64,000 nucleotides of DNA from a virus. Lineage: Duplodnaviria > Caudoviricetes. The notes below the pieces were generated by a model. That model saw only the letters and a list, made by a program, of their open reading frames with translations, was not told the DNA's origin and made no database searches. Location: positions 1 through 64,000 of IMG/VR virus record IMGVR_UViG_2834443690_000002, one strand, 5' to 3'. Shown piece by piece: positions 60,482 to 64,000 of the stretch (its first letter is position 1; each line of letters starts with the position of its first letter). Position numbers and translations under genes: made by a program.

Positions 60482-62233
60482 ATGGAGGTAGCAAATGTGG
60501 TGTCAAATATACCAAGTCAAACAGCTATAAACCTGGAATTGAAAACCACGGCCATTGAAAGACTCGAACATCTGTTGACCGAGTACGAGTCGGGAAGTGA
60601 AAAATTTACCGTGTTCGGCCTAGTGGCAGGAGGTGGGAAAACTCAAGAGACGATCCGAATTATTGCCTCTCACATCTTAAATGGAGGACAACGTAACTAC
60701 ATCTTGGTGATAAAGCAAAATATTGAGGTCATGGAATATGCCTACACAATTAACAAAATGTGTGGTCATCAAATGGCTTTGCCAATAACATGTGACAATT
60801 GGAGAGAACTCAGAAACAACCCAGAGGTATTGTGGAACTACCGTGTTTTAGTAATTACTCACAAACGTTATCAGGATTTGTGCACTAATCCTAGATTAAG
60901 GAGGTATTTTGAGAAAAACCGACATACCCTTGTTATAGATGAGCAATTGGACGTTCCCACTGTGAGCCTTTCAGAGAAGGATTACGAGAAAATCATTGGT
61001 TACCTTCCCTGGACCCTTCATAATGAGTTTATAGAACTGTGTAGAGGGCTTATAAGTCAAATTGTTACCTGTCGGGGAATTAGCAATAGGATGATATTAA
61101 CTGGAACCTTAGTCGATCATGTAGCCGTCAAAACTTTTAGGAGTGACTTGCAAAATAATTGGACTTATATAGACAGAAAGAACGAAGTCTCTGAATTCAT
61201 GAAATCGTTAGAAGTGTTTTCTCTCTTCCCTGCCCTGTACAACAATGGTAAACTGCATACCGTGGACTATAGGATAGTACGATGGAAACTGCAAAATAAC
61301 ATTATCCTAGATGCTAATGCCGAAATAGATTTTCGGTACAAAATTGATCCAGATATGAATATTGAGTCACAGCCCCAAATTATGAATTACTCAGGGTCGA
61401 CCATCCACGTAGCTAATTTCAATTCAACTAGAAATAACATTAATAAGACCGAAAACTACTTCCATGAGATTGCTAAGGCTATTCGTAAGTGGAAATCGTC
61501 ATTGAACAAGACCCTAGTGATTGTGGATAAAAAGCATCAGGATTTGCTTGTAGATCATCTTAGGTTGGTCGGATTTCAGGAGATTGGGCAAGATGATGAC
61601 TACCAAAGTGAAGACATAGCCGTTGCTCACTTTGGAGACATCCTTGGTAAAAATCATTGGAGAGATTTCGACCAAGTATGGGTGATTGTTACCCCATTAA
61701 TGCCAATGCCTTTATACCCACTTCATTGGAGTTACTTGGCTAGGATTCATATCACCGACCAAAACCTTGAGATGTTTGGGACCCTCGGTAAGTATAGCTT
61801 TCGAGACCCAATATTCGAGGATACCAAAGTGGGATGTCTAGTGTCAGAAATATATCAAGCAATAAAACGTATTAACCGAGATAATAGTAAGCCATCTCGG
61901 TCTTTTCTTGTCCAAAGTGACGAAAGAGTCGTCGAAGGAGTAATACGGCAATTCCCCGGAATAAAGATTGGAGAGCCTATTAATTTGGACGATGTCGAGT
62001 ACAAAGAAGGAAAAAAGTCTAACAAGATTCCCCGGCCCATTCAACTAGCAAACCTTCTTAGAGATTTGGATCCCGGAACCTACACTAAAAAGTATTTATA
62101 TGATCGTCTAGGGTGGCCCCCTCACAATAAGCTTGGAAGATACTTTACCGATCCAAAAATAAAGGAACTGGAAGCAATTGGTCTGATAAAAATACTGACC
62201 CGTAAGGTAGAAGTGTATGATAAAGCAGCTTAA
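60482..62233 (+). CDS. SF2-like helicase, putative replication protein
   Basis: AGGGKT, ITH, LVIDE, LDANA, YQAIKRINR. Confidence 0.7.
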   Translation: MEVANVVSNIPSQTAINLELKTTAIERLEHLLTEYESGSEKFTVFGLVAGGGKTQETIRIIASHILNGGQRNYILVIKQNIEVMEYAYTINKMCGHQMALPITCDNWRELRNNPEVLWNYRVLVITHKRYQDLCTNPRLRRYFEKNRHTLVIDEQLDVPTVSLSEKDYEKIIGYLPWTLHNEFIELCRGLISQIVTCRGISNRMILTGTLVDHVAVKTFRSDLQNNWTYIDRKNEVSEFMKSLEVFSLFPALYNNGKLHTVDYRIVRWKLQNNIILDANAEIDFRYKIDPDMNIESQPQIMNYSGSTIHVANFNSTRNNINKTENYFHEIAKAIRKWKSSLNKTLVIVDKKHQDLLVDHLRLVGFQEIGQDDDYQSEDIAVAHFGDILGKNHWRDFDQVWVIVTPLMPMPLYPLHWSYLARIHITDQNLEMFGTLGKYSFRDPIFEDTKVGCLVSEIYQAIKRINRDNSKPSRSFLVQSDERVVEGVIRQFPGIKIGEPINLDDVEYKEGKKSNKIPRPIQLANLLRDLDPGTYTKKYLYDRLGWPPHNKLGRYFTDPKIKELEAIGLIKILTRKVEVYDKAA

Positions 62234-62587
62234 TGCCAAAGTCGTCATTTCTCTATATATACTGTTAATAGAGTTTTGTCGACTTCAAAGACATAGGGAT
62301 AGTTATGTAACGTAATAAATAGCTACCCTCCACTTTACCTTTAGGTAGTAAATATCTTTACCAACTTTACTGTTTAACTTGCTCGAACGAAGTGAAGAGC
62401 ATCTTCGAAACGAAGTGAAGAAGATCACTACTCTAATTTAGAGGGTGTCTTCTACTTTTATTTTAGCCTCTTCTGTCGTTAAAATGACCTGTGACCTGAC
62501 TTAGTTCTATCCCGTATATCTTATTATCTCCTTTACAAACTCGTTCTTAAGGACGGGTTTTACTTTTTTAAAAGGGAGGAATATTAA

Positions 62588-63271
62588 TTGACTATAGTTC
62601 AATCGGAACGACTGTGGATTGAAGCACATGAATCAAATACTTGGAAAGAAATTGAATATGACCGTGAAGTCAGGCTAAGTCATTATAACAGTGGAAAAAG
62701 GTCTGTTACAGAATCTCTCGAAAAAGTTCTTATGGGTGGTGATGACTGGCAGCTATACGAAATATTACGACTCCCCTTAAAGAAAAAGGCTAAAAGCTAC
62801 GAGAATAGGTGGGAAAACTACAGAATTTCCCAACACGATTTTGAGTCAGCTTTTTGGGAAGAAACGTGGAAAGTAATTGAGAATCGTAAATGGACAGGTG
62901 CTAACGGAAAATTCCTGTTGTACGAGACGTTATGCATTTCTTGGGACAGGGCTGCTATAGACGTAATAAGATTTGCAACTAGAAAGAAACGAGAAAATAA
63001 TGCCCGTGCCCTACCTCTTCACGATAGTTTCGAAGAGTATCATCCCGACACGAGAATTGATGTTGAAGCCGAAGTTATCAACAGACTCACGATCGAGGAA
63101 ATATTGTCCGTTCAAGGATTAACATCTGAGGAAAAACAACTACTAGAGATTATCAGGTGGGATCCTGAAGGCTCGTTGAGAGAACTCGGAACACGGATAA
63201 ATTGCAGCAAAGATAAAATTAGCAGAACATTAGCCCGAATCCGAAAGAAAATTAACACAGATTTACTGTAA
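62588..63271 (+). CDS. Sigma-70-like factor / HTH regulator
   Basis: Region-2-like FESAFWEE...AIDVIR and region-4 HTH SLRELGTRINCSKDKISR. Confidence 0.7.
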   Translation: MTIVQSERLWIEAHESNTWKEIEYDREVRLSHYNSGKRSVTESLEKVLMGGDDWQLYEILRLPLKKKAKSYENRWENYRISQHDFESAFWEETWKVIENRKWTGANGKFLLYETLCISWDRAAIDVIRFATRKKRENNARALPLHDSFEEYHPDTRIDVEAEVINRLTIEEILSVQGLTSEEKQLLEIIRWDPEGSLRELGTRINCSKDKISRTLARIRKKINTDLL

Positions 63272-63419
63272 GGGTTACGTAGAAAAACCTTGAATGTTCT
63301 TGCTAATAACGTGTTAATCGAATAAAATAACAAATAGGAGCAAACCGTCCTATCGACGGCTCAAAAACAGTCTCAAACCCTTATGTGGCAAGGATTACAG
63401 GAATTTACAATTTCTGATG

Positions 63420-63467
63420 GGTCTCCAAAACCGTCAGTGAGGGTTCGACTCCTTCATCCCCTGCCAA
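63420..63467 (+). repeat. att core: 3' half of tRNA-Trp(CCA), copy 2
   Basis: Identical to 44182-44229. Confidence 0.92.
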
Positions 63468-63479
63468 ATGAAAAGTGAG

Positions 63480-63506
63480 ACACCGCAAGGATTTGCGGTG
63501 TTTTTT
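63480..63506 (+). terminator. Intrinsic terminator after the tRNA fragment
   Basis: ACACCGCAA-GGAT-TTGCGGTGT followed by a T-tract. Confidence 0.8.
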
Positions 63507-63628
63507 GTTTTATGCATTGACTGTATAATTTGGAGTTTGGGGACTATTTGGGGACTAAAGATACGCTAAGTTACCATACCTTACGCCTAAGAACATCAAA
63601 ACCAGTCTTTTTAAGTAGACTAGAATTA

Positions 63629-63985
63629 CTAAGATTTTAGAATGTCCAAGAATTCTTTTCGGTATTTAGAATTTAATAAGTTATTAAATCCCCCTAAATC
63701 CTTATGGGCAATCAAACTTTGCTTAATATCAGCAAAATCAATTTCTATAATTTGTCGTATTACCTCCATTTCTTTTTTAATATCTTTTTCCTCATTTCTT
63801 CTATCTAGTGCGATTGCTAGTTCTATGCCTGCAAGGTAATCGTATATGTTTTCTTCAAATATTTTATTTAAAAAATAAATTCTATTTCCTCCATCTTTAA
63901 AATATTTACGTTCTAAGCCTACATAAAGTTTATAAGCTGGCACCAACTTATTTTCTTCAAATTCATTTGTTTTACCAATATTCAA
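63629..63985 (-). CDS. Hypothetical protein (may extend past the window edge)
   Basis: AT-rich ORF at window end. Confidence 0.4.
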   Translation of the reverse strand: MNIGKTNEFEENKLVPAYKLYVGLERKYFKDGGNRIYFLNKIFEENIYDYLAGIELAIALDRRNEEKDIKKEMEVIRQIIEIDFADIKQSLIAHKDLGGFNNLLNSKYRKEFLDILKS

Positions 63986-64000
63986 AGCTATGTCAAGATA

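Larger units (their letters stand above)
44182..63467. mobile_element. Integrative element (about 19.3 kb) with defence-like cargo
   Basis: Flanked by identical 48-bp tRNA-Trp direct repeats; integrase at the left end. Confidence 0.9.

Overview
The window holds two tandem integrated elements from a low-GC Gram-positive (Clostridia-like, probably spore-forming) genome. They are separated and closed by identical 48-bp copies of the 3' half of a tRNA-Trp gene (44182-44229 and 63420-63467). Element 1 (1-44229; left end lies outside the window) is a near-complete temperate myovirus prophage with a lambda-like head, a P2-like contractile tail, lysis, replication, recombination and ImmR/ImmA/integrase modules, plus morons including an ABC-ATPase/TOPRIM + Dam pair and a Spo0E-like gene. 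Element 2 (44182-63467, about 19.3 kb) has a tyrosine integrase, a serine resolvase with a res site, a BRO/KilAC antirepressor, an SF2-like helicase and a sigma-like protein, but no visible virion or conjugation genes. Its cargo includes an OLD-like nuclease and the most unusual locus here: a tightly coupled four-gene operon encoding STAS+HATPase kinase, STAS+PRTase, HD+PRTase and ThyX, a candidate kinase-gated nucleotide-manipulating defence system. Other hand-read signals are a -1 frameshift in the tail chaperone, origin iterons, a Dam relic displaced by a PAPS-reductase-family gene, and four gap-free promoter-like repeats. All product calls come from motif reading and synteny; no database searches were run.
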